This document shows positions 33,980 to 43,632 of a stretch of DNA of 64,000 nt, one piece after another. Where the stretch lies: contig CAKUFA010000001.1 of assembly GCA_934647165.1 (NCBI GenBank), positions 80,141-144,140 of the forward strand, written 5' to 3'. The DNA is from an uncultured Clostridia bacterium (GTDB lineage Bacteria > Bacillota > Clostridia > Christensenellales > Aristaeellaceae). Under the pieces are notes generated by a model that worked only from the letters and a program-made list of their open reading frames with translations, did no database searches and had not been told where the DNA came from. Both the position numbers and the translations under genes were made by a program. How positions within the stretch are numbered: position 1 is the first letter of the stretch; every line of letters starts with the position of its first letter.

Positions 33980-35953
33980 ATGCCGCTGGAAGTTGCTGCC
34001 CACGCGGGGTTCTGCATGGGCGTCAAGCGCGCGGTGGAAGCCGCGGAAAAGGTGGCGCAGTCAGGAAAACCTGCCTGCACACTGGGGGAACTGATCCACA
34101 ACCCACAGGTGGTAGAGGAGCTGGCATCGCAGGGCGTGCCGCCGGTTCGTTCGCCGGAGGAAGCGGCTGGGCGGATGGTACTCATTCGCAGCCACGGCGT
34201 GCCTCCGGAAACGCTGGAAGCACTCCGCACACTGGGGTGCGAGGTGGCGGATCTTACCTGCCCCTTTGTGGAGAAGCTGCACCGCATTGTGGCTGAAGGC
34301 TCATCGGACGGAACACCCGTGATTCTGGTTGGCGAACGGGATCATCCGGAGGTTCGCGGCACGGCAGGCTGGGCGCACAGCCAGGTCTATACAGTGACAT
34401 CGCCCGAAGAAGCGGAAGCGTTGCCTGTGATGGATCATGCCATTGCCGCAGCGCAGACGACTTTCCCGCCAGACAGGTGGGAAGCGGTTATCGCTATGCT
34501 GGAGAAGAAGGTTCGGCGGCTTGAAAAGCACTGTACCATCTGCTCGGCAACAGAGACACGGCAGCGCGAGGCGAAGGAGCTGGCCGAGCGCGCAGATGCT
34601 ATGATTGTGGTAGGTGGACGCAACAGCGCCAACACCCAAAAGCTCTACGCGGCCTGCAAAGCGCGGTGCCCGCGGACAATTCTGGTAGAGCGTGCGGCGG
34701 ATATTCCGTCGGGCTTTGCAAATATTGATTCCGAATTCATAGGAATAACCGCCGGCGCATCCACACCGGATGGTTCACTTAAGGAGGTTGTAACCCGCAT
34801 GACTGACATCGAAAACAAGGACTTCATGGCTGAGGTCGAGGCGACGCTGGTCAAGATTCGCCCCGGCCAGACCGTTACGGGCACTGTCGTTCAGGTGACG
34901 GACGACGAAGTGTGCGTGAACATCGGCTACAAAGCCGACGGCCTGATCAAGCGCTCCGACCTGCTCCAGCAGGACGTGAAGGTTGGCGACGAGATCGAGG
35001 TTGAGGTCGTCAAGGTCAACGACGGCGAAGGCAATGTGGTGCTGAGCCAGCGCAACATTGTCAACCGCAAGGCTTGGGAAGCCCTGATGACCAAGTACGA
35101 AGCGGGTGAATATGTTGACGGCGTTGGTAAGGAAGCCGTCAAGGGCGGCCTGATTGCCGATGTTGGCGGCGTGCGCGCGTTCGTGCCCGCTTCTCAGCTG
35201 AGCCAGCGCTATGTCGAAAAAATTGCTGACTTTGTCGGCAAGGAAATGAAGCTGAAGATTATCGAAGTGGACAAGCAGAAGAAGCGCATCGTTGCCAGCC
35301 GCAAGGCCGTGATGGTGGAAGAGTCCGCTGCGAAGAAGAAGGAAGTTTGGGACAAGCTGGAAGAGGGCATGGTTATCCATGGCATCGTCCGTCGCTTGAC
35401 TGACTTCGGTGCTTTCGTGGATGTTGGCGGCGTGGACGGCCTGATCCACATCACCGACCTGAGCTGGGGTCGTATCAAGCATCCCAGCGAAGTTGTGCAG
35501 CCCAACCAGGAAGTGGACGTGAAGATCCTGTCCCTGGATCGTGACCGCGATCGCATTCAGCTGGGCTACAAGCAGCTGCAGCCCCGTCCGTGGGACAATG
35601 CCCAGGAGAAGTATCCGGAAGGCTCCATCGTGGAGGGCAAGGTTGTTCGTATCACCGATTTCGGTGCCTTTGTGGAGCTGGAGCCCGGCCTGGACGGCCT
35701 GGTGCACATCTCCCAGTGCGCGCTCAACCGCGTGGCTAAGGTGGAAGACGCCGTGCAGGTTGGTCAGACCGTGCGCGTGAAGGTGCTGAGCGTTGACCCC
35801 GAAAAGAAGCGCATCTCCCTGAGCATCCGTCAGGTGCTGGAAGACGAAGCTTTTGACTACGGTGAGGAAGTGCCCGGCGGCGCTGAGTTCGAGCTGGTTG
35901 CAACCGACGAGACGCCTGCGGACGAACTGCCCCAGGATGCGCCCGAAGCTTAA
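33980..35953 (+). CDS. ispH: fused 4-hydroxy-3-methylbut-2-enyl diphosphate reductase / ribosomal protein S1
   Basis: The N-terminal ~280 aa are IspH (GFCMGVKRAV, HNP, SANT). Four S1 OB-fold repeats follow (G.V..V..FGAFV-type). Confidence 0.9.
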   Translation: MPLEVAAHAGFCMGVKRAVEAAEKVAQSGKPACTLGELIHNPQVVEELASQGVPPVRSPEEAAGRMVLIRSHGVPPETLEALRTLGCEVADLTCPFVEKLHRIVAEGSSDGTPVILVGERDHPEVRGTAGWAHSQVYTVTSPEEAEALPVMDHAIAAAQTTFPPDRWEAVIAMLEKKVRRLEKHCTICSATETRQREAKELAERADAMIVVGGRNSANTQKLYAACKARCPRTILVERAADIPSGFANIDSEFIGITAGASTPDGSLKEVVTRMTDIENKDFMAEVEATLVKIRPGQTVTGTVVQVTDDEVCVNIGYKADGLIKRSDLLQQDVKVGDEIEVEVVKVNDGEGNVVLSQRNIVNRKAWEALMTKYEAGEYVDGVGKEAVKGGLIADVGGVRAFVPASQLSQRYVEKIADFVGKEMKLKIIEVDKQKKRIVASRKAVMVEESAAKKKEVWDKLEEGMVIHGIVRRLTDFGAFVDVGGVDGLIHITDLSWGRIKHPSEVVQPNQEVDVKILSLDRDRDRIQLGYKQLQPRPWDNAQEKYPEGSIVEGKVVRITDFGAFVELEPGLDGLVHISQCALNRVAKVEDAVQVGQTVRVKVLSVDPEKKRISLSIRQVLEDEAFDYGEEVPGGAEFELVATDETPADELPQDAPEA

Positions 35954-36017
35954 TTGACAGATTTCATAAGGAGGCAAGCCATCACGCTTGTCTCCTTTTT
36001 CATTCATGGAGGATAAT

Positions 36018-37481
36018 ATGAAGCGCTGTTTGTGTTTGCTGTGTGCATTGCTGCTTTGCTGCTCTTCCGCAATGGCTGACAATCCGTGGGGACGCAGCGG
36101 CGATTGGCTGAAATTCTTGCAAAGTGACAGAGCCTATGCAGATTATCCGGAACTGTCGGATAATTGCAAAATCGGCCAAAAGGACATTGCTGCGAGAATG
36201 AGCAACGGCAGCGAAGCTTTTCTGATGCTGGCGGAGCGCGAACAAAACGGCAAGATGAAACTGCTTGGACACTATCCTGCTGCTGCTGCGCAGCCGGTGG
36301 ATGGAAAGCCTGTTGAAGTATGGATGACGCGGCAGGAAAACGGCTTTACCATTGCGCCGGTGTGGGAAAATAGCTACAATGAATATGGACATCCAATGTG
36401 GTGCGAAAAAGCTGCCTTTGCTTGGATGAACGAAACGAGTAGGGAGCCGCGGACGCTGCTGCTGCGGCAGGTCAGCGACGTTGGGAGCAGCATGACCTTC
36501 ACGCTCAGCGACGATGGAACGAGCTATTGGGTGGACGACGGCGTCAATTTTCCTTATGCATGGGAAACGGGGAAAATTACGATAGAAAATTACTGCTCGG
36601 GCAGGCTGCCACGGACAGCGGCAGAGGTGTGGCAACGCAACACCGTGATGGAGGCATTGGGCAATCCGTGCATGACAGGCGGAACAGAAGTAAGCATTGC
36701 TAACAGGAAAACGGTTCCGGTTTATGCCGCGCCAGACGAAAATGCGTGGCGCGGCGCGAATGGGAAGGCCGCAGTCGCCCTGTCGGCAGGTGTTCGTGTG
36801 CTGGCGACAGAGGGGGAATGGTGGCTCGTTGAATATGAAATCACTCCGTCAAAGCGCCGAGTGGGTTATGTGCGCGCACCGCAAAATGCGCCGGATAGCG
36901 TGCCGGAACTTGCGGATCGGACAGTGGCGCTTAACTGCGCAACGGATACGGTTTTGACGGATGACCCGCACGGCACGGCAGGCACCATGAAGATATTGAA
37001 CGCGGGCACAACGCTGCACTGCTTTGGACGGTTAGATGCTTACTGGGCCTATGTGGAAACAGAGGCGGACGGAAAGCCATGCCGTGGGTTTGTAGCGCTT
37101 GCCGATCTGCTGCCGCCTGAAAACCTGCGTGTGTCGGATGTGGAAGCAGAGCTTATGGGGGTATGGGCGTTTATTGGCGGAGGCGAAATTCTCGGCAATG
37201 GCATGACGATGGAGCAGGATGGGAGCTTCCGCTTCTGCGATACGGAGGACGAAGTGAACGTACCGCCTACATCCATGCGCCTAACGGGAGAGGAAGCACG
37301 TTATGCAGTTTATTCGTCCGGGAACGCAGAATATTTGACGGGCAGATATGTGCTGGCAGTCTATGGAGCGGACGGCGTGAGTTATCACAGCATAGCCGTG
37401 GAAGGGGAAACCTTGTCCGTTTTTGAGGGCGAAGGCGGAGGAGGCTATATCCGCTACAACGGAAACGTGCAAACGAAGTGA
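36018..37481 (+). CDS. secreted hypothetical protein with SH3b-like repeats
   Basis: The ATG at 36018 follows GGAGG. Signal peptide MKRCLCLLCALLLCCSSAMA. VPVYAAPDENAW...LATEGEWWLVEY...VGYVRA resembles bacterial SH3. Confidence 0.6.
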   Translation: MKRCLCLLCALLLCCSSAMADNPWGRSGDWLKFLQSDRAYADYPELSDNCKIGQKDIAARMSNGSEAFLMLAEREQNGKMKLLGHYPAAAAQPVDGKPVEVWMTRQENGFTIAPVWENSYNEYGHPMWCEKAAFAWMNETSREPRTLLLRQVSDVGSSMTFTLSDDGTSYWVDDGVNFPYAWETGKITIENYCSGRLPRTAAEVWQRNTVMEALGNPCMTGGTEVSIANRKTVPVYAAPDENAWRGANGKAAVALSAGVRVLATEGEWWLVEYEITPSKRRVGYVRAPQNAPDSVPELADRTVALNCATDTVLTDDPHGTAGTMKILNAGTTLHCFGRLDAYWAYVETEADGKPCRGFVALADLLPPENLRVSDVEAELMGVWAFIGGGEILGNGMTMEQDGSFRFCDTEDEVNVPPTSMRLTGEEARYAVYSSGNAEYLTGRYVLAVYGADGVSYHSIAVEGETLSVFEGEGGGGYIRYNGNVQTK

Positions 37482-37497
37482 CGAAGAGGGCAATACA

Positions 37498-38127
37498 ATG
37501 GGAAAGTGTGTGATTATTGCGCCGCTGTATGAGGGTGAGGAAGCTGAGTGGCTGCGCAGGGAAGAGGGAGACCTGATCCTGTGTGCGGACGGCGGCTATG
37601 ACGCGGCGATTCGCCATGGCATTGTGCCGGATTTGGTGATCGGGGACTTTGATTCCATGCCCTTGGAACACGTGCAGGGGGTGCCGGTGCACCGCCTGCC
37701 GGTGCACAAGGATGACACGGACATGGAAGTCTGCTTGGAAGAGGGGCGAAAACGGGGGTACCGAACGTTTCACATTGCAGGCTGCCTGGGCGGACGAGTT
37801 GACCACACCATCAGTAACATGCAGTGCCTGTACGCCTGCGCCATGCGCGGCGAGGATGTGTGGATGGCGGATCGCTGCAACCGTGTGACGGCGCTGCTTC
37901 CCGGCACATACACCCTATCACCCATGGAAGGAAGGCATCTGTCGCTGCTGGCGATTACGCCGGAAGTGACTGGAATTTGTTTGACGGGGACGGAATGGGA
38001 GCTTGACAACGCTGCGCTGACCAACCGTGATCCGCTGGGCGTGAGCAATGAAGCGAGACAGGCACACCCGCGGCTTGCCTTTGAGACGGGCGCACTGCTG
38101 CTGGTCTATTCTAAGGATGCAAAATGA
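37498..38127 (+). CDS. thiN: thiamine diphosphokinase
   Basis: The ADGG, GDFDS, KDDTD and GGRVDH motifs appear in the canonical order. Confidence 0.85.
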   Translation: MGKCVIIAPLYEGEEAEWLRREEGDLILCADGGYDAAIRHGIVPDLVIGDFDSMPLEHVQGVPVHRLPVHKDDTDMEVCLEEGRKRGYRTFHIAGCLGGRVDHTISNMQCLYACAMRGEDVWMADRCNRVTALLPGTYTLSPMEGRHLSLLAITPEVTGICLTGTEWELDNAALTNRDPLGVSNEARQAHPRLAFETGALLLVYSKDAK

Positions 38128-38239
38128 CGTTTTTCGACACATCCTTACATTGGCTCTTGTAGAAAGGCTGGTTTTCTGCTAAAATACTTGCATGTTTTTG
38201 CAGCGCTGGCTGCAAAGAAAATGGAGGGGAACTGAAAGC

Positions 38240-38953
38240 ATGGTGGAAGTGGGCGAGCTGCTGAAGGAAGGCAAAGGCAAGCGCCTGTACGCAACCAATA
38301 ATCCCGATGAAGGTGTGGTGTATTTCAAAGATGAAGCCATGGCTTTTCATGGCCTCAAGCGCGGCCGGATCCTTGGCAAGGGCGAGGTGAACAATGCCGT
38401 TTGCAAGCACATTTTTGAAATATTGACCGAGCATGGGATCGAAAATCACTTTATCCGCCAGCTGGATGCACGCCAGAGCTTGGTGAAGCGGGTGGAAATC
38501 ATCCCGGTGGCAATCAAGGTGCGCAACAGAGTGGCGGGCAGCCTGGCGCGGCGCATTGGCTATCCGCTGGGCACCAAATTGGATACCACGGTGATCGAAT
38601 GTGTGCTGAAAAATGATGAGCTGGAAGATCCGCTTGTTAATTTTACCCACATTGAGGCCATGAAGCTTGCCACGCGGGAAGAAATGGTACAGATTTGCGA
38701 TATCGCCCGTAAGGTGAATGATATCCTTATCGCCTATATGAAAGAGATTAACATTGAAGTGATTGACTTCAAGCTTGAGTTTGGCCGCTTCCATGGAAAG
38801 ATTCTTGTGGCGGATGAAATCACCCCGGATACAGCGCGATTCTGGGATGCACGCACCCACGAGCCGCTGGATATTGACCGCTTTCGGCGGGATTTGGGCA
38901 ATGTGGAACAGGCTTATCAGGAAGTACTGCATCGGATGATGGGCGATGAGTGA
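38240..38953 (+). CDS. purC: phosphoribosylaminoimidazole-succinocarboxamide synthase
   Basis: LKEGKGKRLY, GKGEVNN and the short-form SAICAR synthetase length of about 237 aa. The ATG at 38240 follows GGAGGGG. Confidence 0.9.
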   Translation: MVEVGELLKEGKGKRLYATNNPDEGVVYFKDEAMAFHGLKRGRILGKGEVNNAVCKHIFEILTEHGIENHFIRQLDARQSLVKRVEIIPVAIKVRNRVAGSLARRIGYPLGTKLDTTVIECVLKNDELEDPLVNFTHIEAMKLATREEMVQICDIARKVNDILIAYMKEINIEVIDFKLEFGRFHGKILVADEITPDTARFWDARTHEPLDIDRFRRDLGNVEQAYQEVLHRMMGDE

Positions 38954-38963
38954 AGGAGTGCGG

Positions 38964-39896
38964 ATGATGCGGCGTTTGCTGAGCCTGGTGCTTGCGCTGG
39001 CATTGCTTTGCGGCGCAGCGCTGGCAGAGGGCGAGTTTCCGGAACTGAATGCGGACGGATTTCTGAATGAGGGCGAATTCGTGTACGAAAATGCGGAAGA
39101 AGGCGTATGGCGCTATGTCAGCCAGACGTTGAAGGTGGAAATCTATCGCCGTACACAGACAAAGCCTAACCAACAGTGGTTTGAAGCGGAAATCTGGAGC
39201 CGGGACGGGGAAGTGTTTCGCATGATTCCCAATGATCCGGACAAGCGCATGAAAAGCCAGGAATGGCCTTATAAAATTGCCAGGAAAAACCAGACGGTGT
39301 TTGCCCTGAGCAGCGATTACGCCCAACTGCGCATCAGCCAAAGGAAGCGTGTGGGCATCATTCTGCGGGACGGACAGATGATCTCCGATAGAACGCTGGC
39401 CAAGAACAAAGGAAATTTTCCGAATCTGGATACGCTGGCGTTGTTCCCGGATGGAGATATGCAGGTTTACTGGTCCAATGAACTGACGGCGGAGCAGTAT
39501 CAGGAGGCGGGAGCAACGGATGTGCTGGCCTTTGGCCCGTGGCTGATCCGCGATGGAGAGCTGAACACGGCTGCCCTGAAGAAATACGGCACAAGCGCCG
39601 CCCAGCGAACAGCCATCGGCATGGTGGAGAAGGGGCACTACTTCGCCATGATGCTGGAGGGACGGTATACCAAGAGCCGGGGCGCAGGAATCTCTTTTCT
39701 GGCAGAAAAACTGCTGGAAAAAGGCTGCGTGACGGCATTTAATCTCGATGGCGGACAAACGTCGTGCATTTTGTTCATGGGACATCAGCTCTGCCAGGTG
39801 AACAAGAACAATCCCCGCGCTTCCTCCCGGAGAACGGCGGAAATTCTGGGAATCGGCACATCTGCCCAGGTGGCGGCGGTGGACGATCCGTGGTAA
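38964..39896 (+). CDS. phosphodiester glycosidase family protein (DUF2233-like), secreted
   Basis: A signal peptide is present. AFGPWLIRDG, RTAIG and AFNLDGGQTS are the family hallmarks. The ATG at 38964 follows GAAGGAG. Confidence 0.7.
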   Translation: MMRRLLSLVLALALLCGAALAEGEFPELNADGFLNEGEFVYENAEEGVWRYVSQTLKVEIYRRTQTKPNQQWFEAEIWSRDGEVFRMIPNDPDKRMKSQEWPYKIARKNQTVFALSSDYAQLRISQRKRVGIILRDGQMISDRTLAKNKGNFPNLDTLALFPDGDMQVYWSNELTAEQYQEAGATDVLAFGPWLIRDGELNTAALKKYGTSAAQRTAIGMVEKGHYFAMMLEGRYTKSRGAGISFLAEKLLEKGCVTAFNLDGGQTSCILFMGHQLCQVNKNNPRASSRRTAEILGIGTSAQVAAVDDPW

Positions 39897-40041
39897 CCTG
39901 CGGGTGACACTTTTTTTGTGAGGCTGTATTGCATCCTTTGTCAAAGTGTGATAAACTACAATGTAGTGCGTTCTGCCTGGGGCAGAGGCACACCCATAAG
40001 TGGGCATCACTGCCCCAAGGGTAACGCAGGAGGGGTTTAGA

Positions 40042-41373
40042 ATGAGTCATACCTATGAGAAGATTTCCAGTAACAAGGCGAAGCTGACCTTTGTCGTGCC
40101 TGCCGAGCAGTTCGACAAGGCGCTGCAGGATGCCTATTTGAAGAATCGCGGCCGCATTGCCGTGCCCGGTTTCCGCAAGGGCAAGGCGCCCCGCAAGCTG
40201 ATTGAGACCATGTATGGCGAAGGCGTGTTCTATGATGATGCGCTGGAAGCCATTTTCCCGGAAGTGTACGACGAGGCCGTGAAAGCTGAGGGTCTGGAAG
40301 TGGTCGATCGTCCCGAAGTGAATGTGGACGAGATTGGCGAGGGCAAGGATCTGAAGTTCACCTGCGAAGTGTTTGTGCGCCCTGATGTGACCCTGGGCGA
40401 CTACAAGGGTCTGACGGTCGAAGTGGAAAAGCAGGCGGTGACCGACGCCGATGTTGACGCCCGCATTGAGCAGGATCGTCAGAAGGCTGCCCGCACCGTG
40501 GATGTGGAAGACCGTCCTGTGCAGGATGGCGACACGGTGAACCTGGACTATGCCGGCACCGTGGACGGCGTTGCTTTCGCCGGAGGCACTGCGGAGAAGC
40601 AGACGCTGGTCATTGGCTCCCATCAGTTTATCCCGGGCTTTGAAGAGCAGATGGTTGGCATGAACATTGGCGAGGAAAAGGATCTGAACGTCAAGTTCCC
40701 CGAAGAATATCATGCGGCTGATCTGGCTGGCAAGGACGCGGTGTTCCATGTGAAGGTCAACGGCATCCAGAAGGTTGAAATGCCCGCGCTGGATGATGAT
40801 TTCGCCGCTGATGTGAGTGATTTCGACACCTTTGCCGAATACAAGGCCAACATCGTGAAGGAACTGAACGAGCGCGCTGAGAAGAATAATGAGATTTCCG
40901 TGGAGAACGCGCTGGTGGAAAAGGCCGTGGAGAATGCCCAGATGGATATTCCCCACGCCATGATCCACGAGCAGCTGGACTATCTGATGCGCGAAATGCA
41001 GATGCGCATGGCGTATCAGGGTCTGCGGATGGAAGACTATCTCAAGTATACCGGTCAGACCATGGATCAGGTGCGCGGCATGTACCACGGCGAAGCAGAG
41101 CATCGCGTGAAGGTGGAGCTGGTGCTGGATGCTATCCGCAAGGCTGAGGGCATTGAGCCTACGGAAGAAGAAGTGGAAAAGCAGGTTGCTGAGCAGGCCG
41201 AACGCGTGGGCAAGGACGTGGAAGAGTTCAAGAAGACGCTCACCGACGAGCAGCGCAAGTATCTGGCTGACACCGCCGCCATCCAGAAGGTGGTCGATCT
41301 GATGAAGAGCGACTGCAAGGTGGTGGAGAAGAAGCCCGAAGAAAAGACCGAGGAGACCAAGGACGCTGAGTAA
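40042..41373 (+). CDS. tig: trigger factor
   Basis: The GFRKGKAPRK ribosome-binding loop, an FKBP-type PPIase domain and an acidic C-terminus are present. Confidence 0.95.
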   Translation: MSHTYEKISSNKAKLTFVVPAEQFDKALQDAYLKNRGRIAVPGFRKGKAPRKLIETMYGEGVFYDDALEAIFPEVYDEAVKAEGLEVVDRPEVNVDEIGEGKDLKFTCEVFVRPDVTLGDYKGLTVEVEKQAVTDADVDARIEQDRQKAARTVDVEDRPVQDGDTVNLDYAGTVDGVAFAGGTAEKQTLVIGSHQFIPGFEEQMVGMNIGEEKDLNVKFPEEYHAADLAGKDAVFHVKVNGIQKVEMPALDDDFAADVSDFDTFAEYKANIVKELNERAEKNNEISVENALVEKAVENAQMDIPHAMIHEQLDYLMREMQMRMAYQGLRMEDYLKYTGQTMDQVRGMYHGEAEHRVKVELVLDAIRKAEGIEPTEEEVEKQVAEQAERVGKDVEEFKKTLTDEQRKYLADTAAIQKVVDLMKSDCKVVEKKPEEKTEETKDAE

Positions 41374-41434
41374 GCGCTCTTGTGGCTAGCTTCATATTCG
41401 ACCGCTGAAAAGCAAGATGCAGCGGCCACAGCAG

Positions 41435-41488
41435 GCGAGAGACGTTCTGGGCGGCACAGCTGCCGGGCGTCTCTCGCATCTGCATTTT
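41435..41488 (+). terminator. putative tig terminator
   Basis: GCGAGAGACG-23 nt-CGTCTCTCGC is followed by ATCTGCATTTT. The loop is long, so this is only moderately convincing. Confidence 0.4.
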
Positions 41489-41579
41489 CAAAAATGGTTT
41501 TCCTGGCATAAAAGGGTAAGCACTGGCATATGCTAGAGATGGGCTGCCCAGAAAGCCGGGCGTAAAGGAGGTATGGATC

Positions 41580-42176
41580 ATGACGCTGGTACCCATGGTC
41601 ATTGAACAGACCAGCAGGGGCGAACGCTCCTTTGATATTTATTCCCGGTTGCTGAAAGACCGCATTGTATTCCTGAGCGGGGAGATTGACGACAACGTGG
41701 CGAACCTGGTTGTGGCTCAGCTTCTCTTTCTGGAAATGGAAGACCCGGATGCGGATATCAGCCTGTATATCAACAGCCCGGGCGGCTCGGTGACGGCCGG
41801 CATGGCAATTTATGATACCATGCAGTATATCAAACCCGCTGTGCGAACGGTGTGTGTGGGGATGGCGGCTTCCATGGGCGCATTCCTGCTGATGGCTGGC
41901 GAAAAGGGCAAACGGCTTGCTTTACCGAATGCTGAAGTGATGATTCACCAGCCGTTGGGTGGTGCGCAGGGTCAGGCCACGGATGTGGCGATCCGCGCCG
42001 AATGGTTGATGCGTACCAAGAAAAAGATGATCGGCATGATGGCCGACATGACCGGACAGCCACTGGAGAAAGTGCAGCAGGATTGCGAACGCGATTATTT
42101 TATGACTGCACAGGAAGCCCTTGACTATCACATTATTGACGAAATCTATCAGCCCCGGGCAAAACAGGGGAAGTAA
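41580..42176 (+). CDS. clpP: ATP-dependent Clp protease proteolytic subunit
   Basis: [30 protein letters not shown] (active-site Ser) and IHQPLGG (His). Confidence 0.97.
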   Translation: MTLVPMVIEQTSRGERSFDIYSRLLKDRIVFLSGEIDDNVANLVVAQLLFLEMEDPDADISLYINSPGGSVTAGMAIYDTMQYIKPAVRTVCVGMAASMGAFLLMAGEKGKRLALPNAEVMIHQPLGGAQGQATDVAIRAEWLMRTKKKMIGMMADMTGQPLEKVQQDCERDYFMTAQEALDYHIIDEIYQPRAKQGK

Positions 42177-42187
42177 GTGAGGTTATC

Positions 42188-43480
42188 ATGCCCAAAGACG
42201 ATTATCCGACCCGTGGTTCCGGCACGCTTCATCGGTGCTCCTTCTGCGGCAAAACGCAGGATCAGGTGCGGCGGTTGGTGGCCGGCCCCAATGTATTCAT
42301 CTGCAACGAGTGCATCATGCTTTGCCAGGAAATCATTGCCGACGACATGGGCATGGGCCATATGGATGAGGGCGAAATGAAAGAGCTGCCCACCCCAGCG
42401 GCCATGAAGGCTGTGCTGGATGACTATGTGGTGGGGCAGGAGCATGCCAAGCGCGCCCTTTGCGTGGCGGTGTATAATCACTACAAGCGCATCAACCAGA
42501 AAGCCCAAAAGGATGATGTGGAGCTGCAAAAGTCCAACATCCTGATGGTGGGTCCCACCGGCTGCGGTAAGACCTTTCTGGCACAGACGCTGGCACGGGT
42601 GCTGAATGTTCCTTTCGCGATTGCGGATGCAACCAGTCTCACCGAGGCAGGATATGTGGGCGAGGATGTGGAAAACATCCTGCTGCGCCTGATTCAGGCG
42701 GCGGACTATGACATTGAACTTGCTCAACGGGGCATCATTTACATTGATGAGATCGACAAAATTGCCCGCAAGAGCGAGAACCCGTCCATCACCCGTGACG
42801 TGAGCGGTGAGGGTGTGCAGCAGGCGCTGCTGAAAATTCTGGAAGGCACGGTGGCCAGCGTACCGCCGCAAGGAGGGCGCAAGCATCCCCATCAGGAGCT
42901 GATCCAGATTGATACAACAAACATCCTGTTCATTTGCGGTGGCGCATTCGATGGCATTGCGCCCATTATTGAAAGCCGCGTGGGCAAGAAACTGTTGGGC
43001 TTTGGCGCGGAGCTGCAAAGCAAGCGGGACACGGATGTGAGCAAGGCGCTGAAGGATCTGCGGCCGGAAGATTTGACCAAGTTTGGCCTGATTCCTGAAT
43101 TTGTGGGACGTTTGCCCATCGTTGTCACGCTGGATCAGCTGGATGAGGACGCGTTGATGCAGATTCTGACAGAACCGAAAAATGCCCTCTGCAAGCAGTA
43201 TCAAAAGTTGTTGGATATGGATGGTATCAAGCTGACCTTCACGCCGGAGGCGCTGCGTGCCATGGCGAAGCAGGCTATCGCCCGCAAGTGCGGTGCACGC
43301 GGACTGCGCGCCATTATTGAAGATATCATGCTTGACACCATGTTTGAACTGCCTGATGACAAGACCGTGACAGAGTGCATCATCGACGAGGATGCGGTAA
43401 ACGGCGGCAAACCGAAGGTTGTCCATGGAGAAGGAACGGGACAGACGGCGAATGGAGCTGACACATCCTGCCTTGCCTGA
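42188..43480 (+). CDS. clpX: ATP-dependent Clp protease ATP-binding subunit ClpX
   Basis: A C4 zinc ribbon (CSFCGK...CNEC), Walker A GPTGCGKT and the IGF-like loop region are present. Confidence 0.97.
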   Translation: MPKDDYPTRGSGTLHRCSFCGKTQDQVRRLVAGPNVFICNECIMLCQEIIADDMGMGHMDEGEMKELPTPAAMKAVLDDYVVGQEHAKRALCVAVYNHYKRINQKAQKDDVELQKSNILMVGPTGCGKTFLAQTLARVLNVPFAIADATSLTEAGYVGEDVENILLRLIQAADYDIELAQRGIIYIDEIDKIARKSENPSITRDVSGEGVQQALLKILEGTVASVPPQGGRKHPHQELIQIDTTNILFICGGAFDGIAPIIESRVGKKLLGFGAELQSKRDTDVSKALKDLRPEDLTKFGLIPEFVGRLPIVVTLDQLDEDALMQILTEPKNALCKQYQKLLDMDGIKLTFTPEALRAMAKQAIARKCGARGLRAIIEDIMLDTMFELPDDKTVTECIIDEDAVNGGKPKVVHGEGTGQTANGADTSCLA

Positions 43481-43632
43481 ATATGCAGACCATAAAATAT
43501 TCCCCCGGCATGAACTGCCGGGGGTTTTCTGTAGCAATCATGCTGCAAAAGGGAAACTGTCCCGCAAAGGATTTCCACACATGTTTCCCGGGCGTTTCGC
43601 TCATCCTATCTCCAGAAATGGAGGGAGAGCGT

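Noticed and set aside
38128-38239. Purine riboswitch upstream of purC
   Set aside because: No conserved purine-aptamer core is present (no U-rich junction or loop-loop motifs). I see only a plausible TTGTAG-17-TAAAAT promoter and a short hairpin.
34775-41103. Minus-strand ORFs 34775-36082, 38820-40010 and 39775-41103
   Set aside because: They lie antisense to ispH/rpsA, purC, the glycosidase-family gene and tig. They also cross intergenic regions and promoters.
41374-41579. CtsR or CIRCE heat-shock operators upstream of clpP (and upstream of lon at 45283-45435)
   Set aside because: No GGTCAAA direct repeats and no TTAGCACTC-N9-GAGTGCTAA inverted repeat were found by eye.
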